Shown here: positions 40,521 through 50,822 of the stretch, piece by piece | Position numbering within the stretch: position 1 is the first letter of the stretch | Layout: every line of letters starts with the position of its first letter | Source of the DNA: an uncultured Limibaculum sp. | Lineage (GTDB): Bacteria > Pseudomonadota > Alphaproteobacteria > Rhodobacterales > Rhodobacteraceae | DNA length: 64,000 nt | Assembly: GCA_964576075.1 (NCBI GenBank) | Contig: CAZNTX010000009.1 | Span: 992 to 64,991 of the forward strand | Direction of reading: 5' to 3' | Notes under the pieces: generated by a model | The model's input: only the letters and a program-made list of their open reading frames with translations | Database searches by the model: none | What the model was told of the DNA's origin: nothing | Made by a program: the position numbers and the translations under genes

Positions 40521-41735
40521 TCAGGAGGCGGCGGGGTCGTCCTCCGGGATCTCGGGGATGTCGACCCGCTTGCCCCGCGGGATCAGCCGCTCGCGGTCAT
40601 ACATCGGCAGCTCGCAGAGCTCGCCCCGCCGCGTCTCCCCGTCCCGGCATTCGATCTCCAGCGCGTCGCCCGGGCCGAGCTCCGGATCGTGGAGGCGCAC
40701 GATCGCCACGCCGCAGCGCTGGAAGGGCGACCAGGCCGTCGAACAGACGCGCCCCGCCGCGGCCCCCTCGCGGATCAGCCGGTCGCCGAGCCGCGCGACG
40801 CCGCCCGCGATCCGCATCCCCCAGGTCCGCGAGCGCCGGTCGGCCGTCTCGAGCGCCGCCTTGCCGATGAAATCGGCCTTCTCCATGTCGACCATGCCGC
40901 CGAGGCCCGCGGCGAAGGGCGTCACCGTCTGGTCGAAGTCCGAGCCCGCGTTGAGCAGACCCGCCTCGATGCGGCGCGCGCCGCCGATGGCGACGGGGCT
41001 GAGCCCGAAGGGCCGGCCCGCCTCCAGGATGCGCTCGCCCACCGCGCGGGCGTCGATCTCGGGCCCGAGATAGACTTCCCAGCCGAGCTCGTTGGTGAAG
41101 CCCGAGCGGGTGACGACCACCTCCTCCCCGGCGATGCGCACCGTCGCCGCGTCGAAATAGCGGAACGGGTCGGGATAGGCGCCGTCCACCGCCGCCTCGA
41201 GCACTTCGAGCGACAAGGGGCCCTGCACCTGGCTGATCCAGGTTTCCGGGTCGAACACCGCGACGTCGAGGCCGCGCGCATGGGCCCGCAGCCAGTCCGT
41301 GAGATCGCCGTCGGCCTGGCCATACCAGAACCGGTCCTCGGCGAGGCGCACGAGGACGCCGTCGAGGATCATGCCCCCGTCGTCGTAGCAGGCGAACTGG
41401 TAGCTGCACCGCCCGACCCGTGTCTTGGCGACCTCGCGGGTGAAAACCCGGTTCAGCAGCGCCTCGGCATCCGGCCCGCGGATCTCGATCGGCAGCTCGC
41501 CGGTGTGGCGCAGGATCGCCTCGCGCCGGAGCTTCCAATAGGCGGCGTCGGGGGAGATCTCGCCCATGCGGATCGCCGTCAGCCGGCGGTTGTAGATCGT
41601 GTATTCCGGGAGATAGGGGAGCTCCTGGTAGACGAGCGGATGCGGCGCCATGCTGCGCGCGAATTCGCTCGCCCGGGCGCCCTCGCGCGCCAGCGGCATC
41701 ACGGCGAAGTTGAGATCGAGCTGGTGGTCTGACAT
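40521..41735 (-). CDS. Aminomethyltransferase (GcvT-like) folate-binding protein
   Basis: YTIYNRRL, EIRGPDA, GGMILDG, SQVQGPLS, TRSGFTNELGWE and RRIEAGLLN..FIGK. Confidence 0.88.
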   Translation of the reverse strand: MSDHQLDLNFAVMPLAREGARASEFARSMAPHPLVYQELPYLPEYTIYNRRLTAIRMGEISPDAAYWKLRREAILRHTGELPIEIRGPDAEALLNRVFTREVAKTRVGRCSYQFACYDDGGMILDGVLVRLAEDRFWYGQADGDLTDWLRAHARGLDVAVFDPETWISQVQGPLSLEVLEAAVDGAYPDPFRYFDAATVRIAGEEVVVTRSGFTNELGWEVYLGPEIDARAVGERILEAGRPFGLSPVAIGGARRIEAGLLNAGSDFDQTVTPFAAGLGGMVDMEKADFIGKAALETADRRSRTWGMRIAGGVARLGDRLIREGAAAGRVCSTAWSPFQRCGVAIVRLHDPELGPGDALEIECRDGETRRGELCELPMYDRERLIPRGKRVDIPEIPEDDPAAS

Positions 41736-42391
41736 GCGTCCTTCCGATGTCTCTCGCGCGTTGGGGGCCGCGGCCGTCGGCGACGCCTCGCCGAGCGGCC
41801 GGCGGGCGCCGCCGACGGCCGCGCCCGCCCGGACGGGACGACCCGCGCCCGGCCTTCGAGGGGAGCCCTCTCCGGCAGCCGGATGCAAGCCCTCGCCTCC
41901 GCGATATCTGCGCCCATCCCCCGGCGGACGTCCTGGCCCGCGCGGGGCCCGGGGGCGCCGGCATGGCCTTGCAAGGCTCGAGGCTTGGGGGGCGGCGAGC
42001 CGATCTCCTGCGGCCGTCGCCCCCGGCCGGTCCACGCCCAGACCACTCGGGCCCTCGCAGGACGGGTCCGGCGCACCGCCGCGCCGCGGGGGGCCGCGCT
42101 GGTGACCGGCCGCCGGTGTGGCCGATCGCGGCCGGGCATGGCCGTCGCGGTCACCGCCTTTCCCAGAGGCAGCGGCTCAGGCACGAGGTCGCGGTGGGGT
42201 GCCCTGCCGGCCGGGCCGCCCGTAGCGTCGGCTGGCTCCCGAGGACGACCGGTCGGCCCAGGGCGTCCTGCGCGTGCCGCGGGGGGCTCGATGCGGCGCC
42301 GGGGCGCTGCTGGCGGCCACCATTGCGGATGGGGACTAGGGTGGCTGCCTGGCCTGGCCCCGGTCCCCGCGTCGGCCCCGGAGGCCGGATC

Positions 42392-44413
42392 TCAGGCGGC
42401 CTTGCCGATGGCGGGGAGGTCGCCGCGGGCGGGCGCGTCCGGCTCCTGCCCGGGAGATAGGCCATTGATCCGGGAGATGATCAGCTTGAGGTCCTCGGCC
42501 GTCGAAAAGAGGTGGGTGAATTTCGATTCGGTGGCGCGGGCGGTCTCCATCAGCTCCTCGGTCACGGCGTCGAGCGCCTGCATCACGTCGCCGATCCGCC
42601 GGGCGATGGACTCCTGCGCGCGCATCGCCTCGGCGATCTCGTCGACGCGCTCGCCGGTGCGCAGGATCTCGGGCGACAGCGACTCGAGCATGCGCCCGAC
42701 CTCGCCGGCGGCGTCCCCGGTTTGCGAGGAGAGGCCCGAGATCTCCTCCGCCGCGCGGCTGCTGCGCTCGGCGAGCTTGCGGACCTCGGCGGCGACGACG
42801 GCGAAGCCGCGCCCGTGCTCGCCCGCGCGCGCGGCTTCGACGGAGGCATTGAGCGCGAGCAGGTCGGTCTGCTGCGCGATCTCTCGGACGACGAGGACCT
42901 TGGAGGCGATGTCGCGCATCGCGGAAATCGCCGAGCCCACCGTATCTCCCGAGGCGCGGGCGCGGTCCTGGAGCTGGCCCGCGAGGCCGCCGGTCTCCGC
43001 GGCGCTGCGGGCGGAGCGGTCGAGGCTCTCGGTGATCTCCTCGACCGCCGCGCGCACCGACTGCACCTTGTCCCCGAGCGCCTCGGCGCTGCCGTTCAGC
43101 CGCTTCGAGATCGCCTCGAGATCCTCGGCATGGCGGGTGGCGCTGACGGCATTGCCGCGGACCTCCATCAGGATTTGTTCGGTGGTCTCGCGCAGGTTGG
43201 CATCCGACGTCTCGCGGAAGAGGTCGAGGGCGTGCACGAGCCGCTCGATCTCCGCGAGATCGTCCGTGCGGCGCTCGAGGAACACATCGCGCTCTCCGGC
43301 GGCGAGGGCCGAGAGCGCGTCGGTGGTCTGCTCGAGCCGGCGCGCAACGCGCCGGCGCAAATGGGCCGTGACGGCGAGGATCATCCCGATCAGCGCGAGG
43401 CCGATCGCGGCCGCTCCGGCGAGCCAGACCGCGGCGGCGAGCCAGCGGTCCTCCCAATAGGCGACGAGGGCGGTCCCGGCCACCGCCGAGAGGTCCACAT
43501 GGGTCTGCAGCGCGGCGTTGGAGAGCTCGAAATAAGCCTCGAAGCCGATCGGATGGTCGGGCGCCGCGCCACTGGCGAGGGCCGCGCGGGAGGCGGCCTC
43601 GATCGCCTCGTTGACCGAGAGATACTCGTCGAAATAGAGCCGCTCGGCCTCGGCCATCCGGTCGCGCAGGGCCTCCGGCACCTCGCCCGCCGCGACCTCG
43701 TCGAGCAGGGCGCCCCAGGCCTCCGCCGCGCGCCGGGTGTCGGCGGCGATCTCGGGCAAGACGGCCGGGGGCAGCGGCGCCCCGTGGAGCAGGGCCACCG
43801 CGTAATGCGTGCGCGCCCGCCCGCCGAATTCGCGCACCTCCCAGGCGAAGTCCCGCACCGCCTCGATCCGGGCGGCGACGTCGGAGATCACCGCGTTGGG
43901 CGGGGTGAGCAGACGCCCCGCGCTCTTCATGCGCACGATCTCGGCCTTGATCTCCTGGGGCAGACGGACGGCGCTTCCGGGCGCGCGCGCCGCCGCCGGT
44001 CGGGAGATCGCCCGGTCGACCTCCGCACGCAGCGCGGCCACGGCGCGCCGCGCGGTCTCTGCGCGCTCGAGAAAGCTGCGGTTGCCGGGCGTGGCCGGCA
44101 GCTCGGCGATGGCGGCGACGGCGCGGTCGAACCTCTCGTCCGACAGCCGCCGCTGCCCCGCGATCAGCTCTCGGAAGAGCGGGGGCGCGGGCTCCTCGAG
44201 CGAGAGCGCGACCTGGGTGACGCTGCGCTCGAGCGAGAGCGAGATGGTCCCGCGCGACCAGTCCGCATCGGCCGCTGCGACCTCCGAGGTCTCCGACACA
44301 TCGAGGATAGTTGCCACGTCGCTCACCAGCCCCGCGCCGATGGTGATCAGGGCGAGCACGCCGATGGCGCCGAGCGAGGCGGACAGAACGGAGGAAAAGC
44401 GGCGTTGACGCAT
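42392..44413 (-). CDS. Methyl-accepting chemotaxis protein with NIT-like periplasmic sensor and HAMP domain
   Basis: Two TM helices and a HAMP-like segment. Signalling hairpin [37 protein letters not shown]. Confidence 0.92.
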   Translation of the reverse strand: MRQRRFSSVLSASLGAIGVLALITIGAGLVSDVATILDVSETSEVAAADADWSRGTISLSLERSVTQVALSLEEPAPPLFRELIAGQRRLSDERFDRAVAAIAELPATPGNRSFLERAETARRAVAALRAEVDRAISRPAAARAPGSAVRLPQEIKAEIVRMKSAGRLLTPPNAVISDVAARIEAVRDFAWEVREFGGRARTHYAVALLHGAPLPPAVLPEIAADTRRAAEAWGALLDEVAAGEVPEALRDRMAEAERLYFDEYLSVNEAIEAASRAALASGAAPDHPIGFEAYFELSNAALQTHVDLSAVAGTALVAYWEDRWLAAAVWLAGAAAIGLALIGMILAVTAHLRRRVARRLEQTTDALSALAAGERDVFLERRTDDLAEIERLVHALDLFRETSDANLRETTEQILMEVRGNAVSATRHAEDLEAISKRLNGSAEALGDKVQSVRAAVEEITESLDRSARSAAETGGLAGQLQDRARASGDTVGSAISAMRDIASKVLVVREIAQQTDLLALNASVEAARAGEHGRGFAVVAAEVRKLAERSSRAAEEISGLSSQTGDAAGEVGRMLESLSPEILRTGERVDEIAEAMRAQESIARRIGDVMQALDAVTEELMETARATESKFTHLFSTAEDLKLIISRINGLSPGQEPDAPARGDLPAIGKAA

Positions 44414-44495
44414 ATCGGACTCTCCACGAAGTTTCCGGGGACAGTCCGCGAGATCCGCTAATTTCCGGTTACGCAGGGGCCGAGGCCCGCGCGCG

Positions 44496-45401
44496 TCACT
44501 CGCTCGCGCCCTCGGCGACCGGGCCGCCGGCGCGGGTCCAGCCGACCATGCTCTCGGGGTAGAGCTTGACGTCCTCCATCCCGGCGAGCTCGCTCATGGC
44601 GAACCAGCCGGTCGCGGCCCAATGCCCGGTGTTGCAGAAGCTCACGACTTCGCCCTCGGCGGCGGCGATGCCGGAGGCCCGGGCGAGCTCGGCCACGCGT
44701 TCGGCGGGGGGCATCTCGGTCTTCGCGCCGTCGAACCACCCCGTCTGCGGCAGGCTGCGCGCACCCGGCAGCGTCCCCGCCCGCTCGGCGGCCGCATGCT
44801 TCTTCTTGCCGCTATGGAATTCGGCCGGGCGTGCGTCGACGAGGGTGGCGCCGCGGATGCCCTGCACCACCGCGCCGATCTCGGCGCGGTCGGCCATCCA
44901 CTCGCGCGAGAGCGCGAAGCGCGCCTGCGAGGGCGTGGCCTCCGTGGGATCGACCGAGAGGGGCCGGCCGGCCGCGATCCAGCTTCGCACGCCGCCGTTC
45001 AGGATCGCGATCTCGGAGAGGCCGGCGGATTTGAGCGTCCAGTAGACCCGCGCCGCGGCGCCGAAATCGCTCGCGTCGGTGCCGGCATAGGCGATCACCA
45101 CCCGGCTCTCGGGGGTGAGGCCCGCCCCCTGCATCACCTCGGTCAGCGTCGCGTCGGAGATCGGCTCGCCGGGGTTCTCGCGCGGCCCGCGCCAGAGCGG
45201 ATAGGCGGCGCTGATCGAGCCCGGGATGTTGGCGGTGAGATACGCCTTTGGATCCCGGATATCCAGCACGACGGGCGCCTCGCCCGCCATCATCTCGGCG
45301 AGCTCGGCGGGGGTCACGAGCTTCTTCCAGGCGGTCTCGGCGGCGGCGGGCAGCGCCGCGAGGCAGAGCGCCGCGAGCACGGGCAGGAGACGGCGGATCA
45401 T
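44496..45401 (-). CDS. Secreted two-domain rhodanese/sulfurtransferase
   Basis: Signal peptide, then [39 protein letters not shown] and [10 protein letters not shown]. Confidence 0.9.
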   Translation of the reverse strand: MIRRLLPVLAALCLAALPAAAETAWKKLVTPAELAEMMAGEAPVVLDIRDPKAYLTANIPGSISAAYPLWRGPRENPGEPISDATLTEVMQGAGLTPESRVVIAYAGTDASDFGAAARVYWTLKSAGLSEIAILNGGVRSWIAAGRPLSVDPTEATPSQARFALSREWMADRAEIGAVVQGIRGATLVDARPAEFHSGKKKHAAAERAGTLPGARSLPQTGWFDGAKTEMPPAERVAELARASGIAAAEGEVVSFCNTGHWAATGWFAMSELAGMEDVKLYPESMVGWTRAGGPVAEGASE

Positions 45402-45470
45402 GGTGTCCTCCCTGATCGGATGGGTTGCCGAGCCGATCTTACGCGCTCCGCGCCCGCGCCGCCACAGCCC

Positions 45471-46076
45471 TCAGGGGATGCTCGTGTCGAGCGTCGGCCC
45501 ATGCCCGCTCTTGGCATCGAGCGCCTTGTGCGCGGCCTCGATGCGCGCGTCGATCTTGGCCTTGGTGTAATCCGCCTCGAAGAGCGCCTTGGCCTCGGCG
45601 CGCGTCGCCTCGACGGCCTCCTCCTTGCTCGCGGCCTTGGCCTCGAAGGCCTTTGCCGCGATCTCGTCGTGGATCTTCTTCATCTCCGCCTTGGCGGCGG
45701 CGATGTGCTCCTTCTCATGCGTGTCGAGCTCCTTGACGAAGCGGTCCCATTCCTTCTTCGCCTTCTTGCTCAAGTCCTTGGCGGACTTGAGATTCGGCCA
45801 TTTGATGGTGCTGACGATCTTGGCCTTCATCGCGGTCATGGCGAGGCTCGCCTCCCAGGTCTCCTCGGGCGGAGCCTTCTTGTTCTCCTTGACCTTGCCG
45901 GACCACTTGACGTCGTTCGGAGGCACGGTGCAGGCGGTCTCGGTGAGGGCTGCGACGTTCTTGCCGTGGCTCTTCGGGCCCTTCTTCTGAATATCGGCCC
46001 AGATCTCGGCGAGCGTCGCGCCGGCGACGGTGTATTTCTCTTTCTTGACGGACGAGGTGTTCGCGGAAAAGGCCAT
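45471..46076 (-). CDS. Lys-rich DUF922-like putative zinc protease
   Basis: YTVAGATLAEIW....KKGP, A.T, W..F...LDTHEKEH (HExxH). GAGGAGG RBS; no signal peptide. Confidence 0.75.
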   Translation of the reverse strand: MAFSANTSSVKKEKYTVAGATLAEIWADIQKKGPKSHGKNVAALTETACTVPPNDVKWSGKVKENKKAPPEETWEASLAMTAMKAKIVSTIKWPNLKSAKDLSKKAKKEWDRFVKELDTHEKEHIAAAKAEMKKIHDEIAAKAFEAKAASKEEAVEATRAEAKALFEADYTKAKIDARIEAAHKALDAKSGHGPTLDTSIP

Positions 46077-46241
46077 CTCGGTGTCCTCCTCTGCCCTCGC
46101 GGGGGCGAGGATAGCACGCAGACGCGCCGCACGTCGCCGGTTTCGCGCCGAAAGATGCCGCTCCGGGGCGCGCGCGCCCTGCCCTTCCTCGGCCATGCGA
46201 GGGGGCCCGAGCCCTTCGGGCCCGATCAACAGGACAGGCCG

Positions 46242-48278
46242 ATGGACGACGCCGCGACCCATCTCGTCATCTTCACCCCCTCCGGCAAACGCGGGCGTGT
46301 GGCGCATGGCACGCCCGTGCTCCAGGCCGCCCGCCAGCTCGGCGTCGATCTCGACAGCGTCTGCGGCGGGCGCGGGATCTGCTCGAAATGCCAGGTGAGC
46401 CCAGGGGTCGGCGCCTTCCCCAAGCACGGGGTCACGGTGCGCGCCGATGCCCTCTCCCCCTGGAACGCCGTCGAGCAGCGCTACGACGACAAGCGCGGCC
46501 TCGCGCAGGGCCGCCGCCTCGGCTGCCAGGCGCGCATTGAGGGCGACGTGGTGATCGACGTCCCCCCCGAGAGCCAGGTCCACCGCCAGGTGGTGCGCAA
46601 GGGCGTCGAGGCCCGCGAGATCGTGCTCGACCCGGCGACGCGCAAGGTTCTCGTCCAGGTCGCAGAGCCAGACATGCACGTCCCCAAGGGCGACATGGAG
46701 CGCCTCGCCGAGGCGCTGGCCGCCGAATGGGGGATCGCCCCGGTCTCGGCCCCCCTCGCCGTTCTCTCGCGGCTGCAGAAGGTGCTGCGCGAGGGCAAGT
46801 GGCAGGTCACCTGCGCCCTCCAGCGCGACGTGGCCGAGGGGCCCTGGCGCCTCGTCGAGATCTGGCCGGGCTTCCACGAGGGGGCGCTCTACGGCCTCGC
46901 CGTCGATATCGGCTCGACCACGGTGGCCGCCCATCTCTGCGATCTCGAGACCGGCGAGGTGCGCGTCTCCTCCGGCCTGATGAACCCGCAGATCCGCTTC
47001 GGCGAGGACCTGATGTCCCGCGTCTCCTATGCGCAGATGAACGAGGGCGGCGCGGCGGAGATGACCGCGGCGCTGCGCGAGGCGCTCGACCATCTCACCG
47101 GCGAGATCGCCCGCGAGGCCGGGATCGAGCGCGCGCAGATCCTCGAGGGCGTCTTCGTCGGCAACCCGGTGATGCACCACCTCTTCCTCGGGATCGACCC
47201 GGTCGAGCTCGGCTGGGCGCCCTTCGCGCTCGCCACCTCCGAGGCGCTGACGCTGCCCGCCGCCGAGCTCGGCCTCGCGCTCCACCCGGAGGCGCGCGCC
47301 CATGTGCTGCCCTGCATCGCCGGCCATGTGGGCGCCGACGCCGCCGCCGTCGCCCTCGCCGAGCGGCCCGACGCGCAGGACGAGCTCACCCTGATCATCG
47401 ACGTCGGCACCAATGCGGAGATCTTCCTCGGCGACCGCAGCCGCGTCCTCGCCTGCTCCTCCCCCACCGGGCCCGCCTTCGAGGGGGCGCAGGTCTCCTC
47501 CGGCCAGCGCGCCGCCCCGGGCGCCATCGAGCGCGTGCGCATCGACCCCGAGACCAAGCGCGCCCGGGTGAAGGTGATCGGCTGCGATCTCTGGTCCGAC
47601 GAGCCGGGCTTCCTCGAGGCGGTCGGCGCGGACGGCGTCACCGGCATCTGCGGCTCCGGCATCATCGAGGCGCTGGCGGAGATGCGCCTCGCCGGCGTCC
47701 TCGACAAGCGCGGGATCATCGGCCCCGAGAGCGATCTCGGCCCCGTCGTGATCCCCGAGGGCCGCACCTGGTCCTATGTGCTCTGGGACGCCCGCCCCTC
47801 CGGCCGCCTCGTCACGGTGACGCAGAACGACGTGCAGCAGATCCTCTTCGCCAAGGCCGCGCTCTATGCCGGGGCGCGCCTCCTGATGGACGCGCGCGGC
47901 GTCGAGCGGGTGGAGCGCGTCGTCCTCGCAGGCGCCTTCGGCGCGCATATCTCGCCCCTGCACGCCATGATCCTCGGCATGATCCCGGACTGCCCGCTGG
48001 AGAAGGTCACCTCCGCCGGCAACGCCGCCGGCACCGGCGCGCGCATCGCGCTCCTCAACCTCGCCGAGCGCGGGCGCATCGCCGAGATCGTCCGCCGGGT
48101 GGAGAAGGTCGAGACCGCCGTCGAGCCCCGCTTCCAGGAGCATTTCGTCGACGCGATGCGCGTGCCCCACGAGGCGGCGCCCTACCCCAATCTCGCCGCA
48201 GCCGTGACGCTCCCCGAAACCCGCTTCGCGACCGCCCCCGCCGAGGAGGGCGGCCGCCGCCGTCGCCGCCGGGCCTGA
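46242..48278 (+). CDS. ASKHA/DUF4445 protein with N-terminal 2Fe-2S domain (corrinoid reactivase-like)
   Basis: CGGRGICSKC..RLGCQ, AVDIGSTTVA, NPQIRFGEDLMSR, DVGTNAEI, TGPAFEG, GICGSG and LAGAFG. Confidence 0.92.
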   Translation: MDDAATHLVIFTPSGKRGRVAHGTPVLQAARQLGVDLDSVCGGRGICSKCQVSPGVGAFPKHGVTVRADALSPWNAVEQRYDDKRGLAQGRRLGCQARIEGDVVIDVPPESQVHRQVVRKGVEAREIVLDPATRKVLVQVAEPDMHVPKGDMERLAEALAAEWGIAPVSAPLAVLSRLQKVLREGKWQVTCALQRDVAEGPWRLVEIWPGFHEGALYGLAVDIGSTTVAAHLCDLETGEVRVSSGLMNPQIRFGEDLMSRVSYAQMNEGGAAEMTAALREALDHLTGEIAREAGIERAQILEGVFVGNPVMHHLFLGIDPVELGWAPFALATSEALTLPAAELGLALHPEARAHVLPCIAGHVGADAAAVALAERPDAQDELTLIIDVGTNAEIFLGDRSRVLACSSPTGPAFEGAQVSSGQRAAPGAIERVRIDPETKRARVKVIGCDLWSDEPGFLEAVGADGVTGICGSGIIEALAEMRLAGVLDKRGIIGPESDLGPVVIPEGRTWSYVLWDARPSGRLVTVTQNDVQQILFAKAALYAGARLLMDARGVERVERVVLAGAFGAHISPLHAMILGMIPDCPLEKVTSAGNAAGTGARIALLNLAERGRIAEIVRRVEKVETAVEPRFQEHFVDAMRVPHEAAPYPNLAAAVTLPETRFATAPAEEGGRRRRRRA

Positions 48279-48281
48279 CCC

Positions 48282-49022
48282 TCAGGCCTGCGTCGGCCCG
48301 CGCTTGCGCGCCACATAGCCGAGCCCGAGCATCGCCGCAGCGAGGAGCGGCAGCGCCGGGGGCAGCGGGATTCGCTCGAAATCAGCCGTCACGATCATCT
48401 GCAGATCGGCCAAGTTCTCCTGACCCTCGATCGTGGAGAACTGCGCGAAGGTCTGCCCGCCCACCTGGAAGCCGATGACGTCGATGGTATACAGCACGCC
48501 GTCCAGGTTCACGACGTCGACGACCTCGGGGTTCAGCGCCACGTCGACGATGTCGTTGCAACAGCCGGCCCCGATATTCGGCGTCTCGTCATGCTCGAAG
48601 CGATAGGTGTTCGAGATCACGTCCGTCAGGATCGGATTGTTCAGGTCGTCGAAGAACGTCACGGTGATGTCGAGGTCGAGATCGGTCTGGGTGATGGTGT
48701 CCCCGGTGATCGGGAAGTTGTAGTGGATGAAGTTGCCGAGGGTGAACTCGGTCTCCAGATCGATCGTGCTGCCGCAGACGAAGCAGGTCTCGTAGCGATA
48801 GCCGCTCCGCCGTTCCGCCGGCGGGGGGACCGTCGCCGGCGTGCCCCAGCGGATCTCCGCGTCCTCCGCATCCAAGGTCGGGATCGTGACCGCGACCCCG
48901 TTCGGCAGGGTGTTCGTCCACTCGGCGACGACGCTCGACACAGTCACGGTCGTCGCCTGCGCCGCTCCCGCCCCGAGGCCGAGCACGGCCCCCAAAGCCA
49001 GCCGATGAAGGTGGATACGCAT
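48282..49022 (-). CDS. PEP-CTERM protein with choice-of-anchor K / THxN-like domain
   Basis: Signal peptide, then IRWG, SGY, FTLGNFIHYNFPI and FEHDETPN. C-terminal IPLPPALPLLAAAMLGLGYVARKR. Confidence 0.85.
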   Translation of the reverse strand: MRIHLHRLALGAVLGLGAGAAQATTVTVSSVVAEWTNTLPNGVAVTIPTLDAEDAEIRWGTPATVPPPAERRSGYRYETCFVCGSTIDLETEFTLGNFIHYNFPITGDTITQTDLDLDITVTFFDDLNNPILTDVISNTYRFEHDETPNIGAGCCNDIVDVALNPEVVDVVNLDGVLYTIDVIGFQVGGQTFAQFSTIEGQENLADLQMIVTADFERIPLPPALPLLAAAMLGLGYVARKRGPTQA

Positions 49023-49215
49023 GCTCCCTCTCTCCTCTCGCAAGAAACCACTCACCAGCATGTGTAAACTTTAATTTTCTATTCAATTCCAGACAATCTT
49101 GGCAACCGTTGCAAGATCGCGACGAGTCCGAAAGCCGGACTTTCAGGAGCGATCTCAGAAGCTTAGGGGAACGGGCCGGGCCGCGCTTTGACGCCCGTCA
49201 AAGCCCGGGGGCGCC

Positions 49216-49440
49216 TCAGCGGCCGGTCACGCCGGGGCGCGGGTCCCGGCTGAGCGCGTCGCGGGCCGCGCGGCAGGCCTCGGTGCGGAAGAAGCGGTCG
49301 CGGGTGACGCAGGCGAGATAGGCGCGCTCCTCCGCCGTCGAGCCGTCGCGAAGCGGCGGCCCGTCCGGATAGACCCGTTCGACGCAGCCCGCGACGAGGG
49401 CCGCGGCGAGCATCGCCGCGGCCCGAGGAGCCCCCCTCAC
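49216..49440 (-). CDS. Small lipoprotein
   Basis: The GTG overlaps the metY stop (GTGA). Lipobox LVAGC, then two further Cys (LAC..EAC). Confidence 0.6.
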   Translation of the reverse strand: MRGAPRAAAMLAAALVAGCVERVYPDGPPLRDGSTAEERAYLACVTRDRFFRTEACRAARDALSRDPRPGVTGR

Positions 49441-50747
49441 GCCGCGGCGGAGCCGGCGGTCGCCTGGGCGAGCGCCTGGTCGAGATCGGCGATCAGATCC
49501 GCCGCATCCTCGATCCCGACCGAGAGGCGCACCACCTCGGGCCCCGCCCCGGCCGCCTTGCGCTGCGCATCGGTGAGCTGGCGATGCGTCGTCGACGCGG
49601 AATGGATGATCAGCGAGCGCGCATCCCCCAGATTGGCCAAGTGGCTGAAAAGCTTCACCGAATCCACGAGCTTCACGCAGGCGTCGTAGCCCCCCTTCAC
49701 CCCGAAGGTGAAGATCGAGGAGGCGCCCCGCGGGCAATACTTGCGCCGCCGCTCCGCATAGGGGCTGCTGTCGAGCCCGGCATAGGAGACATACTCGACC
49801 GCCGGATGCCCCTCGAGAAACTCCGCCACGGCGCGCGCATTGGCGCAGTGCTTCTCCATCCTGAGCGACAGCGTCTCGATCCCGAGCAGCGTCTGGAAGG
49901 CGTTCATCGGCGCCTGGCACATCCCGATGTCGCGCAGCGTGATCGCGATCGAGAAGAAGATGAAGGCCATCTGCCCGGTCGCCTCGTGGAAGTTGAGCCC
50001 GTGATAGCTCTCGCAGGGCGTGGTCAGCGCCGGGTAGTTGCCGGAGGCCGCCCAGTCGAAGCTCCCCGAGTCGACGATGCACCCGCCCATGGCCGTCGCA
50101 TTGCCGTTCAGATACTTCGTCGTCGAGTGGATGACGAGGTTCGCCCCGTGCTCGAAGGGGCGGCAGAGATAGGGGGTGGCGGTGGTGTTGTCGACGAGGA
50201 AGGGGATCCCCGCCTCCCGCGCGATCCCTGCGAGCGTCTCGAGATCGGAGATGTAGCCCCCCGGATTGGCGATGGACTCGCAGAAGAGCGCCCGCGTGTT
50301 CCCGTCGATCGCCGCGCGGACCGCGTCGAGATCCTCGGTGTCGACGAAGCGCACCTCCCAGCCGAAATGCTTGAAGGCGTGGTTGAACTGGTTCACCGAC
50401 CCGCCATAGAGCCGTGTGGAGGCGACGAAATTGTCCCCCGGCTTCATCAGCGGGAAGAGCGCCATCACCTGCGCCGCATGGCCCGAGGCGCAGGCCACCG
50501 CCCCGATCCCCCCCTCGAGGGCGGCGATCCGGTCCTCGAGCACCTTCACGGTGGGGTTGCCGATGCGGCTGTAGATGTAGCCGAGCTCCTCGAGATTGAA
50601 GAGCTTCGCCGCATGGTCGGCGTCGCGGAAGGCATAGGCGGTGTTCTGATAGATCGGGGTCTGCCGGGCGCCCGTGGCGGGGTCCGGCGCGGAGCCCGCA
50701 TGGATCTGCAGGGTGTCGAAGCGATGGGCGGTGGTGTCCTCGGTCAT
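49437..50747 (-). CDS. metY: O-acetylhomoserine aminocarboxypropyltransferase
   Basis: FDTLQIHAG, PIYQ, YSRIGNPT, VDNTTATP, HSTTKY, HLANLGDARSLIIHSASTTH and RLSVGIE. Confidence 0.92.
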   Translation of the reverse strand: MTEDTTAHRFDTLQIHAGSAPDPATGARQTPIYQNTAYAFRDADHAAKLFNLEELGYIYSRIGNPTVKVLEDRIAALEGGIGAVACASGHAAQVMALFPLMKPGDNFVASTRLYGGSVNQFNHAFKHFGWEVRFVDTEDLDAVRAAIDGNTRALFCESIANPGGYISDLETLAGIAREAGIPFLVDNTTATPYLCRPFEHGANLVIHSTTKYLNGNATAMGGCIVDSGSFDWAASGNYPALTTPCESYHGLNFHEATGQMAFIFFSIAITLRDIGMCQAPMNAFQTLLGIETLSLRMEKHCANARAVAEFLEGHPAVEYVSYAGLDSSPYAERRRKYCPRGASSIFTFGVKGGYDACVKLVDSVKLFSHLANLGDARSLIIHSASTTHRQLTDAQRKAAGAGPEVVRLSVGIEDAADLIADLDQALAQATAGSAAA

Positions 50748-50822
50748 GGCGCTCTCCTCGGGGTTTGGAAGATTGCCCGCACCCTATCGGAAAATCCCGG
50801 GAATGACAGCCGGGAGATGCGA

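Noticed and set aside
50748-50822. SAM-type riboswitch upstream of metY
   Set aside because: The gap is only about 75 bp and shows no SAM-II/SAM-alpha or SAM-SAH consensus that I could match.
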